The notes: generated by a model from the sequence alone, not told the origin. Numbered from the stretch's first letter, positions 1-10,154 are shown. The stretch is 64,000 nucleotides of DNA from Candidatus Daviesbacteria bacterium (GCA_028687915.1 JAQTZF010000001.1:482634-546633); one strand, 5' to 3'. Numbers and translations: made by a program.

Positions 1-297
1 ATCAGATTTCAACCGTATATCTTTTTCTTGTATTATTTAAAAACACCTTTGCCGGAATTTTTAAATACGGTGGCTTATAACGAAGGTAAGAGTCGTGGTT
101 TTAGTTTGGTGAGTTTCTATAATAAATACTTTTTTGGTGATTGGGATCCAGTTGAGAGCATGCCTAATCCTGGTGTTCTTTACGCAGTAACAGCTAGTCA
201 GTATGATGGATTAAGATACAAGAGTGTATTTGATGTTAAAAAACGTATAAAATATCTGGATGGAGGAGATGCATTTTTTCTTGTAAGTTATCCATGA
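1..297 (+). CDS. hypothetical protein, 5'-truncated at window edge
   Basis: Frame 1 is open from nt 1 to a TGA at 295-297, so the track start at 28 is a TTG inside a longer ORF. No recognisable motif. Confidence 0.35.
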   Translation: MRFQPYIFFLYYLKTPLPEFLNTVAYNEGKSRGFSLVSFYNKYFFGDWDPVESMPNPGVLYAVTASQYDGLRYKSVFDVKKRIKYLDGGDAFFLVSYP

Positions 298-1160
298 AAA
301 ATAAATTAACTGTAGCTATTGCTATATACAATGAAGAAAAGAATATTGCTGGTTGCTTAGATTCTGTAAAGAGTCTAGCTGATGAGATTATTATTGTTGA
401 CGGATCTTCCACTGATAAGACAGTTGAAATTGCTAAAACTTATAATGCTAGGGTAATAATAACAGATAACCCAAAGATATTTCACATTAATAAACAAAAA
501 GCTATAGATTTGGCTACTAATGAATGGATTTTACAACTTGATGCTGATGAAAGGGTGACGCCTGAGCTTTCTTCGGAAATAATAAATATTTTAACCAGTA
601 ATGATGAACAAATTGAAGAGTATGAAGAAAATTTACCAAACAAAAAACTCTTCCTTAAACATCAAGAGCAGGTAGATGTAAGAGATGGTTCTGTGGGGGG
701 AAAAACAGGTTCATATAATGCTTTTTATATACCTCGATTAAATTATTTTTTAGGCAAATACTTAAAGTATGGAGGAGTTTATCCTGACGGGGTAATTCGC
801 CTGATTAGAAGGGGAAAAGCCTATCTTCCATGTAAAAGTGTTCATGAACAAATGGTGGTTAACGGAAGGGTTGGCTGGCTACAACATGACTTGTTACATA
901 TGGCAGACACGTCATTTGAAAGGTACTTGCAAAGGAATAGTCGCTATATAGATTTAATTAGAGATGAGTTAAAAAGAGATAAAGTAGACAAAAATATTAT
1001 ACAAATAGTTAATTATTTTATTTTTAAACCTGTTTATTGGTTTTTCTTAACACAGATACGTCATAAAGGTATTCTTGATGGTTTTCAGGGTTTAACTTTC
1101 TCTTTCTTTTCTGCACTAAGATATCCCAGAGCTTATTTTAGATATATAACAAAACCATGA
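294..1160 (+). CDS. glycosyltransferase family 2 (GT-A)
   Basis: N-terminal VAIAIYNEEKNI...IIIVDGSSTDKT and a DxD-like LDADE motif. ATGA overlap with the upstream ORF. Paralog of 34566..35534. Confidence 0.7.
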   Translation: MKNKLTVAIAIYNEEKNIAGCLDSVKSLADEIIIVDGSSTDKTVEIAKTYNARVIITDNPKIFHINKQKAIDLATNEWILQLDADERVTPELSSEIINILTSNDEQIEEYEENLPNKKLFLKHQEQVDVRDGSVGGKTGSYNAFYIPRLNYFLGKYLKYGGVYPDGVIRLIRRGKAYLPCKSVHEQMVVNGRVGWLQHDLLHMADTSFERYLQRNSRYIDLIRDELKRDKVDKNIIQIVNYFIFKPVYWFFLTQIRHKGILDGFQGLTFSFFSALRYPRAYFRYITKP

Positions 1161-2215
1161 GAATCGCTATTTGTAGTTCACCGCTTTTGGATGGTCACAA
1201 TGTAAGAGGAATAGGTACATATACAAAAAATCTTATTAAATCATTAAGAGGTTATCCTGATTTAAATATACAAGAGTTTTCTAACATAAATGAAGTAAAA
1301 ATGGCTGATGTAGTTCACTATCCTTATTTTGATTTATTTCAAAAGTCATTACCTTTTTATACTAAATTTCCAACAATTGTAACAATTCATGATGTGATTC
1401 CTTTAGCTTACCCTAAGTCTTATCCTGCAGGTATTAAAGGTTCTTTTAATAAGCACTTACAGGTTCTTTCGCTAAAAAATGTAAAAGCTATAATTACTGA
1501 TTCAAAAGCTTCTAAACAGGAAATCATAAAGTACTTAAAAGTACCAGCAAAAAAGATATTCCCAATAGCTTTAGCACCGGCTGATAATTTTCATAAAATT
1601 ACTGATTCACAAAGATTAACTAATATTAAGGAAAAATACTCATTGCCAGAAAAGTTTGCATTATTTGTAGGTAGTGTAAATTGGAACAAAAACATATTAA
1701 ATCTGACTAAAGCCGCATTGGATGCCGGAATAGATTTAGTACTAATCGGAAAAAGTTTTCAAGAAAAGGGTAATCTTGAACATCCAGAGATGAAAAATTT
1801 TAAAGAGTTTCTAAGGCTGTATTCAAATAACCCTAAAATTCATATTTTAGGATTTATGGATAATGAAGATCTGGTTGCAGTTACCAATTCAGCTAATGTG
1901 CTGCTGCTCCCGTCTATCGCAGAAGGGTTTGGTCTGCCTATCCTGGAAGCCCAAGTTTGTGGTGTTCCTGTGATAACATCTAATATTTCCTCAATGCCAG
2001 AAGTTGCACAAAATGGAGCGTTATTAGTTGATCCTTATTCTATAGAAGATATATCAAAAGCGATTATCAAAATTATAAGTGAAGAGAAGACACGTAACGA
2101 ATTAATTAAATTAGGATATGAAAATGTATCGAAATTTTCCTGGGAAAAAGTAGCTCAGGAAACAGTTGATGTTTATAAAATAGTTATTCAAGGAGCTGTT
2201 TCAAAAAGGATATGA
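1157..2215 (+). CDS. glycosyltransferase family 4 (GT-B)
   Basis: C-terminal EX7E-type motif AEGFGLPILEAQVCGVPVITSNISSMPEV. Paralog of 58574..59593 and 60901..62049. Confidence 0.75.
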   Translation: MRIAICSSPLLDGHNVRGIGTYTKNLIKSLRGYPDLNIQEFSNINEVKMADVVHYPYFDLFQKSLPFYTKFPTIVTIHDVIPLAYPKSYPAGIKGSFNKHLQVLSLKNVKAIITDSKASKQEIIKYLKVPAKKIFPIALAPADNFHKITDSQRLTNIKEKYSLPEKFALFVGSVNWNKNILNLTKAALDAGIDLVLIGKSFQEKGNLEHPEMKNFKEFLRLYSNNPKIHILGFMDNEDLVAVTNSANVLLLPSIAEGFGLPILEAQVCGVPVITSNISSMPEVAQNGALLVDPYSIEDISKAIIKIISEEKTRNELIKLGYENVSKFSWEKVAQETVDVYKIVIQGAVSKRI

Positions 2216-2216
2216 G

Positions 2217-3368
2217 ATGAACTTTTTGAGAAAATCTTATATCCTTCAGATTATTTTCATTTTCTTTATATGGAGGATTTTACTATTTGTAACATCGTAC
2301 TTATCGGTTTTTGCAGTTCCAATCTTTGGTAACAGGTTTCCTTACTGGAATATGTTGCTTTCCACTATCAATTTACCTTCATGGATTTGGGGTTTTGGTA
2401 ATTTTGATGGAGTGCATTACTTAAGGATTGTAACCATGGGTTATGAATCATCACAATATTCTCAAGCATTCTTTCCTATGTATCCAATATTTATTAAGCT
2501 GGTAACTTTGCAAAGTGGCAATTTTTTAACAGGACTCATATTTACAAACATTATCTTTTTATTATCACTAATAGTTTTTTATAAGCTAATAGAAATAGAT
2601 TTTAGTAAGAAAATTGCACTTTATTCTGTTGTATTATTAGCTGCTTTCCCCACTTCTTTTTATTTTGGATCTTTATACTCAGAGTCTTTATTTTTGTTTT
2701 TTTCTGTGTCTGCTATATATTTACTAAGAAAGAAAAACTTTCTAATTGCAGGATTGTATGCGTTACTTGCTTGTAGCACCAGAATTATTGGCTTATGGCT
2801 AATTCCTCTTTTTTTAATAGAAATCTATTTAGGTTTTAAAAAGAAGGATATTATTTCGAGAGATTTATTTAAAATAGCTGTTAGTATTTTAATTATTCCC
2901 TCCGGATTACTATTATATATGTTTTATTTAGGGTATAACTTTCACGATCCATTATTATTTTTAAACTCACAAGCTTCTTTTGGTGCAGAGAGAAGTAATC
3001 TTCCCATAATATTTACTCCTCAGGTATTCTTTAGGTATATAAAAATGCTATTAAGTGTACCAGTGAATACATTGTTATTTATGAATATTTTCCTAGAATT
3101 TATTTTTACTATATTTTCATTACTCTTATTGATAATTATTTTCAGAAAAGTAAGATTTAGCTACTGGGTATTTTCTTTAGGTTGTTGGTTAACCCCTACT
3201 TTAACTGGAACTTTTTCATCTATGCCAAGATACATATTAATGATGTTTCTTTTGCTGCCATTCTTGGCAAAAATTAGTAAGAAATACTTTCTTTTATTGA
3301 TAATTTTGTTTATTATCTTAGGGATACTTTTAACAGCACTTTTTACAAGAGGATATTGGGTAGCATGA
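2217..3368 (+). CDS. polytopic membrane protein, GT-C-like (PIG-V/DUF2029-like mannosyltransferase family)
   Basis: About 10 predicted TM helices. Loop motif NFDGVHYLRIVTMGYES...FFPMYP is shared with the paralog at 51089..52201. Confidence 0.5.
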   Translation: MNFLRKSYILQIIFIFFIWRILLFVTSYLSVFAVPIFGNRFPYWNMLLSTINLPSWIWGFGNFDGVHYLRIVTMGYESSQYSQAFFPMYPIFIKLVTLQSGNFLTGLIFTNIIFLLSLIVFYKLIEIDFSKKIALYSVVLLAAFPTSFYFGSLYSESLFLFFSVSAIYLLRKKNFLIAGLYALLACSTRIIGLWLIPLFLIEIYLGFKKKDIISRDLFKIAVSILIIPSGLLLYMFYLGYNFHDPLLFLNSQASFGAERSNLPIIFTPQVFFRYIKMLLSVPVNTLLFMNIFLEFIFTIFSLLLLIIIFRKVRFSYWVFSLGCWLTPTLTGTFSSMPRYILMMFLLLPFLAKISKKYFLLLIILFIILGILLTALFTRGYWVA

Positions 3369-4024
3369 AAATTACAATTGTAGTACCGGCACATAACGAA
3401 GAGAAAAGAATCTCTATAGTCCTAAAGGATTTAGTAAAAGTTGGTTTGCCAATAATTGTGGTTGATGATGGATCAAGTGATAATACTTATGAAGTAGTTA
3501 AATCTTTTCCCGTAAATTTGCTTAGTCATAGAATAAACCTGGGTAAGGGAGCTGCTCTAAAGACTGGATGTGTGGCTGCGTTTTCACAAGGTGCGGATGC
3601 TGTAGTAATAATGGATTCTGATGGACAGCATAAAGTTGAGGATCTTGCAAAGTTTGTTTATAAGTTAAATGAGAATAATTACGATATGATATTTGGATCA
3701 AGAAATCTTAGTTATGGTGTTCCTTTTGTCAGGTTTATTGGGAATAAATTTGCATCTGTACTAGTATCTTTTCTTTTTGGAATTTATGTGTCAGACTTGA
3801 TTTGCGGTTTTAGAGCTTTTACTAAAAAGGGATATGAAAAAATAAAATGGCAATCCTCAGGCTATGGAGTTGAAACTGAAATGGTTATTAATGTTGGAAA
3901 ACTAAAATTAAAATATTGTGAAGTACCAGTTGAAACAGTTTATTATGATAATTTTAAAGGTGTAACAATACTGGATGCTTTTGGAATATTGTTTAGTGTT
4001 TTAAAATGGAGACTATATAAATGA
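3365..4024 (+). CDS. polyprenol-phosphate sugar synthase, GT2 catalytic domain (GtrB/ArnC/Dpm1-like)
   Basis: MKITIVVPAHNEEKRI...IIVVDDGSSDNT. Soluble GT-A domain; true ATG at 3365 gives an ATGA overlap (track start is a TTG at 3356). Followed by a DUF2304 partner. Confidence 0.65.
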   Translation: MKITIVVPAHNEEKRISIVLKDLVKVGLPIIVVDDGSSDNTYEVVKSFPVNLLSHRINLGKGAALKTGCVAAFSQGADAVVIMDSDGQHKVEDLAKFVYKLNENNYDMIFGSRNLSYGVPFVRFIGNKFASVLVSFLFGIYVSDLICGFRAFTKKGYEKIKWQSSGYGVETEMVINVGKLKLKYCEVPVETVYYDNFKGVTILDAFGILFSVLKWRLYK

Positions 4025-4365
4025 TAATAGGTTTACAAGTTACTGCAATTATTTTTGCTCTAGTAATGATTTATTTTGCGTACCTTCACTATTCTAGAGG
4101 GGAGTTAGGCGCACTTGAAATATTATCGTGGGTAATAATTTGGATGGTTACAATAGTAATCGTTGTTTTTCCGGAACTGTTATCTGTATTTGCTAAAACA
4201 TTTGCTATATCCAGGGTGTTTGACTTAATGGTTATTGGAGGATTTATTGTTGTAATCTCTATGGTTTATGTTTCATATGTAAGAACTAAGAAGTTAGAGA
4301 AGAAAATAGAAGAATATGTAAGAACTGAAGCTTTAAATACTGTAGAAAAGAATAAGAAAAAATAA
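4021..4365 (+). CDS. small membrane protein, DUF2304-like partner of the polyprenol-P GT2
   Basis: 114 aa with 3 TM segments and a charged C-terminus. This gene arrangement is typical of GT2-DUF2304 pairs. Confidence 0.5.
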   Translation: MIIGLQVTAIIFALVMIYFAYLHYSRGELGALEILSWVIIWMVTIVIVVFPELLSVFAKTFAISRVFDLMVIGGFIVVISMVYVSYVRTKKLEKKIEEYVRTEALNTVEKNKKK

Positions 4366-4424
4366 TTAAATATCTTACAATTCTTTAATAAACTTTATTT
4401 GTTACTTCAGAATTAAAATAAATA

Positions 4425-5426
4425 ATGAAAATACTTATAACAGGAGCTGCAGGATTTATTGGTAGTCATTTAGTTGATTTACTATTAGCTGAAGGAGTTA
4501 AACATTCTGATTTAAAATTACTTATCCCTGTTGGTGAATCGTTAGACAATTTACCAAAAAAGCCCTTTGAAATTATTAGGGGTGATATACGTGATAAAAA
4601 GGTTGTACAAAAGGCTATGGAGGGGGTACAGATAGTCTATCATTTAGCAGCAAGAATTGATTTTGATGGGAAAAGTTATGCTGAGTATAAAGACGTAAAC
4701 GTGGACGGTACTCAAAACTTATTAGATTCTAGCAGAGACAAAAAGCTTCAAAAATTTGTTTTCTTTTCTAGTATTGGTGTATTTGGCCTTCCTGCTGGAA
4801 TTGGGGATATTATCAACTGGGATGAAAACCATCCTAAGACATATACAAATTTTTATGGTGAATCTAAATATGAAGGGGAGAAAAGAGTTATAGAAGCATA
4901 TGATAAATGGAAGATTCCTTATGCTATTATTCGTCCAGCAAGTGTTTATGGTCCAAGAGAAAAAGGGCCTACATTGGGCTTATATAAGGCAATTAAGAAT
5001 CATCAATTTATTATGATTGGTGACGGTAGTAATAAAATGCATTATGTATTTGTAACAGATTTAGTTAAAGCAGCGCGTTTGGCACAGTTAAGTAAGAAGC
5101 CAACTGGGGATTATATAATTGGTGGTCAAAATGCAGATAGATTTATAGATATTGCAAACTCTGTTGCTACGAGTATTAATATGAAGATTCCACGTTTTTT
5201 CTTACCTAAAACATTAGCATTGGCAGTAAGCTATATTATGGAATTTGTTGGAAATATAACTGGGATTAAATTCCCGCTTTTCCCTTCTCGTGTCAGAACT
5301 ATGACGACATCTTATTTTTATAATATAAGTAAGGTTCAAAAAGAGTTAGGATATGATCCACAGATAGATTTTAGAAAAGGATCTAAGATTACCGGTGAGT
5401 GGTATATGCAAAATAAGCTTTTATGA
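4425..5426 (+). CDS. NAD-dependent nucleotide-sugar epimerase/dehydratase (extended SDR)
   Basis: MKILITGAAGFIGSHLVDLL Rossmann motif and a YxxxK-type region (YGESKYEGEK). Confidence 0.7.
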   Translation: MKILITGAAGFIGSHLVDLLLAEGVKHSDLKLLIPVGESLDNLPKKPFEIIRGDIRDKKVVQKAMEGVQIVYHLAARIDFDGKSYAEYKDVNVDGTQNLLDSSRDKKLQKFVFFSSIGVFGLPAGIGDIINWDENHPKTYTNFYGESKYEGEKRVIEAYDKWKIPYAIIRPASVYGPREKGPTLGLYKAIKNHQFIMIGDGSNKMHYVFVTDLVKAARLAQLSKKPTGDYIIGGQNADRFIDIANSVATSINMKIPRFFLPKTLALAVSYIMEFVGNITGIKFPLFPSRVRTMTTSYFYNISKVQKELGYDPQIDFRKGSKITGEWYMQNKLL

Positions 5427-6460
5427 AAGAGCCTTTAGTATCTGTAATAATCGTTACGTATAATTCTGTAAATTATCTTAAATCTTGTTTGAACTCAATT
5501 TTATCAACAGAATATAAAAATTTGGAAATTATAATTGTGGATAATAAATCTAATGATGATACAACAAGTATAATTAAATCATTTAAAGATAAAGTAAATC
5601 CATTCTTTATAGATAAAAACCTTGGATATGCGGGAGGGAATAATCTTGGAGTAAGTAAAGCAAAAGGTGAATATATTTTTTTCTTAAATCCGGATACTTT
5701 AGTAACAGAGGATATCTTCAAATTTTTAGTAGAATCTTTAGACAGTAACTCACAACTTGCAGTGGCGCAGCCTGCAGTTTATTTGATGAATGATCATAAA
5801 ATATTAAATTTAACTGGTAAAATAATTAATTTCTTAGGATTTGATTGGGTAAGAGATTACCATAAAAAGTTATTGCCAGATCAGGGAGAAATAATGTCTT
5901 TTAGTGGTTGTGGTGTAATGATTAAAAAGTCTGCTTTTTTGCAAGCCAAAGGGTTTGATGAAAATTATTTTATGTACTATGAGGATAGTGATTTATCTTG
6001 GAAATTACGTTTACTAGGATATAAATTATTGTTTGTTCCTCAAGCCATTATGTATCATGATTATAAATATATTCCAGTTGAGAGCTATCAACCTCTTAAA
6101 AAAAAGTTATTTTTTAATGAAAGAAACAGACTTGTGACTATATATAAAAATTACAGCACAAAAACACTTCTTTTATTATTGCCGGCAATTGTTATTTTAG
6201 AAGTTTGCATGCTAACCTTTTCGTTGCTTAATGGATGGTTTTTGGAAAAGGTGAAAGGGTATATGTCGATTATTAATATGAGTAATGATTTGAATAATAA
6301 CAGGTTATTTATACAAGAGAATAGAAAATTAACTGATAAACAAATTACATCTGATTATGTGAGTGAATTAAACCTAGATATATATAATAGTAGTATTGTG
6401 CGATTGTTTATTAATCCCTTTTTATTCTTTTATTGGACATTTGTTAAGAGGTTAATATAA
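5423..6460 (+). CDS. glycosyltransferase family 2
   Basis: VSVIIVTYNSVNYL...IIIVDNKSNDDT, NLGYAGGNNLG...FLNPDT. Paralog of 35531..36985. Confidence 0.7.
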   Translation: MKEPLVSVIIVTYNSVNYLKSCLNSILSTEYKNLEIIIVDNKSNDDTTSIIKSFKDKVNPFFIDKNLGYAGGNNLGVSKAKGEYIFFLNPDTLVTEDIFKFLVESLDSNSQLAVAQPAVYLMNDHKILNLTGKIINFLGFDWVRDYHKKLLPDQGEIMSFSGCGVMIKKSAFLQAKGFDENYFMYYEDSDLSWKLRLLGYKLLFVPQAIMYHDYKYIPVESYQPLKKKLFFNERNRLVTIYKNYSTKTLLLLLPAIVILEVCMLTFSLLNGWFLEKVKGYMSIINMSNDLNNNRLFIQENRKLTDKQITSDYVSELNLDIYNSSIVRLFINPFLFFYWTFVKRLI

Positions 6461-7356
6461 TGAAGAAAATAGCCATAACTGGTTTAAGTGGAGTTATAGG
6501 AAGCAGATTATCTAAAAGTCTTCCAGAAGGATTTAAAATATATAACCTTTATCATACTCATAAAGAGCCTATTAAAGGTGTTATGCCTAAACATATTGAG
6601 TTACTAAAACCAGAAAGTATTGATGCGTGCCTGAATGAGATAAGTCCTGAGATAATCGTACATATGGCTTCAGCAACTCATATTGATCGGTGTGAAGAAG
6701 ATCGAAAGTATGGAGAGAAGGGGGATGTATGGAAGGTAAATGTGAACGCAACAAATACAATAGCGACATATTGTAAAAAAAATAAAACACAACTTATATT
6801 TTTATCAACTGAATGTGTTTTTGACGGAGAAGAGTTATCATATGACGAAAAATCAGTTAAGAATCCTAAAAATTGGTATGGAGTGACAAAAAGCAAAGCA
6901 GAAGATATTATTTTTGCAGCTTGTCCGACAGCTTCAATTATAAGGGCAGTTATTGCATATAATGAGCAGGATCGTGAAAAAACATTATTTGGCAAAATTT
7001 TGCAGGGGTTTAAGAATGGTAAACAGTTTAAAGCAGTAACAGACCAAATCATTACGCCTACATATACAGATGATATTGTGAAGGCCATTAAATTGCTAAT
7101 TCAAAAGCCCAAATCTGGAATATTTCATATTTCTCCTGAAGACAAAACCACGGCATATGATTTTGCCTTAAAGATTGCAGAAAAGTTTGGTTTTGATCAA
7201 TCACTTATTGTGGAAACAACGCTGAATGAATATTTTGGAGCAGAAAGAGCGCAACTGCGATTAAAGAATTCGTGCTTAGATGGAAAATGGACACAATCTC
7301 AGTTAAAATTTACTCCACTGAATATAACTCAGGTTTTAGATAAAATTAACTTATGA
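6460..7356 (+). CDS. RmlD-like sugar-nucleotide reductase/epimerase (SDR)
   Basis: MKKIAITGLSGVIGSRL Rossmann motif; about 298 aa, matching the dTDP-4-dehydrorhamnose reductase family size. Confidence 0.5.
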   Translation: MKKIAITGLSGVIGSRLSKSLPEGFKIYNLYHTHKEPIKGVMPKHIELLKPESIDACLNEISPEIIVHMASATHIDRCEEDRKYGEKGDVWKVNVNATNTIATYCKKNKTQLIFLSTECVFDGEELSYDEKSVKNPKNWYGVTKSKAEDIIFAACPTASIIRAVIAYNEQDREKTLFGKILQGFKNGKQFKAVTDQIITPTYTDDIVKAIKLLIQKPKSGIFHISPEDKTTAYDFALKIAEKFGFDQSLIVETTLNEYFGAERAQLRLKNSCLDGKWTQSQLKFTPLNITQVLDKINL

Positions 7357-8525
7357 AGATTCTACAAGTAGTACCTTATTTTTATCCTGCTTGGGCCTAT
7401 GGAGGTCCTGCAAAGCTGGTTTATGATACCAGCAAGTATTTTGCTGAGTCAGGAAATGAAGTAATTGTATATACTTCTGATTCTTATGACCAAAATAGTA
7501 GAATGCCAAAAAATAAATATGTAACAGATATTCCTAATTTAAATATTAGATATTTTAAGAATTTAAATAATCATCTGGCGTATGTTTATAATATCTTCAT
7601 TACACCAGGTATTATTTTAAGATCTTTAACAGAATTTTATAAGTTTGATGTTATTCACATACATGATTTTTATACCACCCAAAATATTTGGATAACTTTA
7701 TTAGCTCTTCTTTATCATAAGCCTTATATCTTAAGTGTTCATGGTTGTTTAGAAGAAAAAAGAATTGCTCAGCGAAGTTTATTTAAGAAATTATTTTTAT
7801 CGTTCTTTGGTAGAAATATGTTAATAAAAGCGAGTCTTGTTATAGCTACTTCACCAAACGAAGTTACAGCATATAAAGAGTATGAAATTCCTGAATCTAG
7901 AATTGTTTTATGCGGACACGGTGTTGACTTGAACGAATTTGTTACTAAGGTTACAAAATTAGAGGCTAGAAAGCATTTTCATTTAAATCAAAAAGATATT
8001 GTAGTGACTTTTTTGGGAAGGATTCATCAGATTAAAGGTTTAGATAATTTAGTAAAAGCAATTAGAATGGTGGAAGATAAGAATATACATTTTGTAATTG
8101 CTGGCTCTAACGATGGGTATTTGCCAACATTAAAGAAAGACATAAAAAAGTATAAACTGAATAATAAAATTACTTTAGTGGGTACCTGTTTTGGAGAGGA
8201 AAAATCTCAACTTTTTAAAGCCAGTGATATTTTTGTCTATCCTTCATATTCAGAAGGTTTTTCTTTGGGTATCTTAGAAGCTGCAGCAGCTGGTTTACCT
8301 CTTATTATCACAACTGGTTGTCATTTTGATGAGGTTGGAAAACAAAAAGCAGGAATAATTGTGACTCCTGATGAAAAAAAGATCGCTGACGCGATTAAAA
8401 AGTTATGTGTAGATCAAGAGTTGCGTCAAAAATTTGGACAAAATGCTAAGCAACTAATTAATACACAATACTCAATGAAAGCTATAGGGGATAAGTTTAT
8501 AAATTTTTATAAGAAAGTTTTGTAA
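7353..8525 (+). CDS. glycosyltransferase family 4
   Basis: N-terminal PYFYPAWAYGGP (Glyco_trans_4-like) and C-terminal SEGFSLGILEAAAAGLPLI. Confidence 0.75.
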   Translation: MKILQVVPYFYPAWAYGGPAKLVYDTSKYFAESGNEVIVYTSDSYDQNSRMPKNKYVTDIPNLNIRYFKNLNNHLAYVYNIFITPGIILRSLTEFYKFDVIHIHDFYTTQNIWITLLALLYHKPYILSVHGCLEEKRIAQRSLFKKLFLSFFGRNMLIKASLVIATSPNEVTAYKEYEIPESRIVLCGHGVDLNEFVTKVTKLEARKHFHLNQKDIVVTFLGRIHQIKGLDNLVKAIRMVEDKNIHFVIAGSNDGYLPTLKKDIKKYKLNNKITLVGTCFGEEKSQLFKASDIFVYPSYSEGFSLGILEAAAAGLPLIITTGCHFDEVGKQKAGIIVTPDEKKIADAIKKLCVDQELRQKFGQNAKQLINTQYSMKAIGDKFINFYKKVL

Positions 8526-8530
8526 GATAT

Positions 8531-9223
8531 ATGTTAAGAAGCAAGATAATTAAATATATAAACTTATTATTAGGGGTGGATCCAGTATTTTTTCAACAAC
8601 AGATTTGTTTAAAAAAACATTTTGGAACTCCTTACGGTGGATGGACTATTGCTTTAGAAGGAATTAATAAGAATAGTATTATATATTCTTTTGGTATTGG
8701 AACTGATATTTCCTTTGACCTTGATTTAATCAAAAAATATAGCTTAACTATAAATGCATTTGATCCAACTCCTAAGTCACTTGAATGGTTAAAGCAACAA
8801 AAGATCCCTAAAAGTTTAAAAGTTTATCAATGGGGTATAGCTGATTATGATGGGAAGGAAAAATTTACTCTTCCACCTCAGGAAAACTTTGTTTCTTTTA
8901 GAAAAACAAAAAAAGATAAATCTGATAAAAATATAAAGTTACCAGTATTTCAATTATCTACAATTATGAAAAAATTAGGGCACAAAAGAATTGATATCTT
9001 AAAAATGGATATAGAAGGTTTCGAATATCAGGTTATAGAGAATATTTTGAAAAGCAACTTAGAAATTAAACAAATATTAGTAGAGTTCCATCACCGTTTT
9101 TCTGGGTTTAGCAAAAAAGATACAGAAAAAGCTATTAATAAATTAAATAAATTTGGTTATAAAATCTTTAACATTTCTGATGTGGGGTTAGAATACTCTT
9201 TAATTAAAAAGTATTCTAAATAA
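8531..9223 (+). CDS. FkbM-family SAM-dependent methyltransferase
   Basis: ILKMDIEGFEYQVIENIL (Methyltransf_21 DIEGxE motif). Confidence 0.6.
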   Translation: MLRSKIIKYINLLLGVDPVFFQQQICLKKHFGTPYGGWTIALEGINKNSIIYSFGIGTDISFDLDLIKKYSLTINAFDPTPKSLEWLKQQKIPKSLKVYQWGIADYDGKEKFTLPPQENFVSFRKTKKDKSDKNIKLPVFQLSTIMKKLGHKRIDILKMDIEGFEYQVIENILKSNLEIKQILVEFHHRFSGFSKKDTEKAINKLNKFGYKIFNISDVGLEYSLIKKYSK

Positions 9224-9238
9224 ATCTTAAAATACGAC

Positions 9239-10099
9239 TTAACGTTTTTTAGAGGGTTTTTTGATTTTTTCTTTGTTTATTTCAGTAGTGTATCTTTGAT
9301 TTTCCTTTAAGATGAATTTAGTAAAATCATTATTTATTAATTTATCAAACATAATTACATCAGGAATGGTGCAATGCCCACTGATTGGTCCTTTAATAGG
9401 GAGAAGGATGGGTCTAATTACTTTTGGTAATGATTTTCTATAACCTTTGTAGCTTGTAACATTGTGGACTCCTGGCATGATTTTACTGTAACCCTGGTTA
9501 TATATTAGATTATATTTTGTATAGACTTGATCAAAATTAAGACCAAGTTTTTCGCAGATTTCAGAAACCCATTTACAAAAGATAATATTCCAAGCATAGT
9601 AAGTTAAATCCAAAAGTTTTGCTGATTCTGAATCCTCCGCACTATCAAAGATTTCCATTTTTAATTTTAAATCTTTAAAATGCTTCTTTGCCATTTTTAA
9701 AGAAAGTAAATCTATTGGACCTACAATCTTTGGAAAATAATTTTTAATAGAATTGTAAAGATCTGAATGGGTTCCTTGGATTGGAGAGTGTACGATGGGC
9801 ACATTTGTTGCTTCATATATTTTTCTAGTAGTCCCGGTTGTAGTTGTACTATTTATGATTACTAGCCTTGGCTTAATATCTAAAATGTTTTTGGTAATTA
9901 TATTGATGAAAGAGTCAGGATTTATTTCTGGGATGTTTATGTGTAAATAATCAATTTTATTTTTTTGTATTTGATCATAATCTACTTCTCGAACGAAGAT
10001 ATCATAATTGGCTTCTTTCCCAATTTTGGCCATAGCTTTACCAATTTCACCATAACCTAATATTCCTATAGTTTGTTTTTTGGGAGTTGAGTTGTTCAT
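9239..10099 (-). CDS. NAD(P)-binding Rossmann-fold oxidoreductase, function unclear
   Basis: GILGYGEIGKAMAKIG dinucleotide-binding motif. Too short for a WecC-type dehydrogenase. Confidence 0.4.
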   Translation of the reverse strand: MNNSTPKKQTIGILGYGEIGKAMAKIGKEANYDIFVREVDYDQIQKNKIDYLHINIPEINPDSFINIITKNILDIKPRLVIINSTTTTGTTRKIYEATNVPIVHSPIQGTHSDLYNSIKNYFPKIVGPIDLLSLKMAKKHFKDLKLKMEIFDSAEDSESAKLLDLTYYAWNIIFCKWVSEICEKLGLNFDQVYTKYNLIYNQGYSKIMPGVHNVTSYKGYRKSLPKVIRPILLPIKGPISGHCTIPDVIMFDKLINNDFTKFILKENQRYTTEINKEKIKKPSKKR

Positions 10100-10126
10100 T
10101 TAATTTCTATTATAATGCTTTAACTG

Positions 10127-10154
10127 TGTTAACAATTATAGTGTTATGTTAACC
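10127..10154. promoter_or_regulatory. putative operator: TGTTAACA palindrome plus ATGTTAACC box 20 nt downstream
   Basis: Same GTTAAC-core architecture and spacing as 27982..28010, in the divergent intergenic region between 9239..10099 and wecB. A TATAAT lies at about 10111. Confidence 0.3.

Noticed and set aside
3161-3394. Antisense ORFs of 60-136 aa in the six-frame track (e.g. 3161..3394, 5473..5721, 6678..7088, 12871..13068, 23921..24247, 36200..36397, 46333..46623, 52330..52602)
   Set aside because: All lie inside long, motif-supported genes on the opposite strand. They have low-complexity, Phe/Leu/Ile/Asn-rich translations, as expected from chance ORFs in ~30% GC DNA, and no independent start context.
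9239-10099. Calling the 286-aa Rossmann protein next to wecB a UDP-ManNAc dehydrogenase (WecC)
   Set aside because: It is far too short (WecC-type enzymes are about 420 aa) and lacks the C-terminal UDPG_MGDP_dh domain. It is kept as a generic NAD(P)-binding oxidoreductase.
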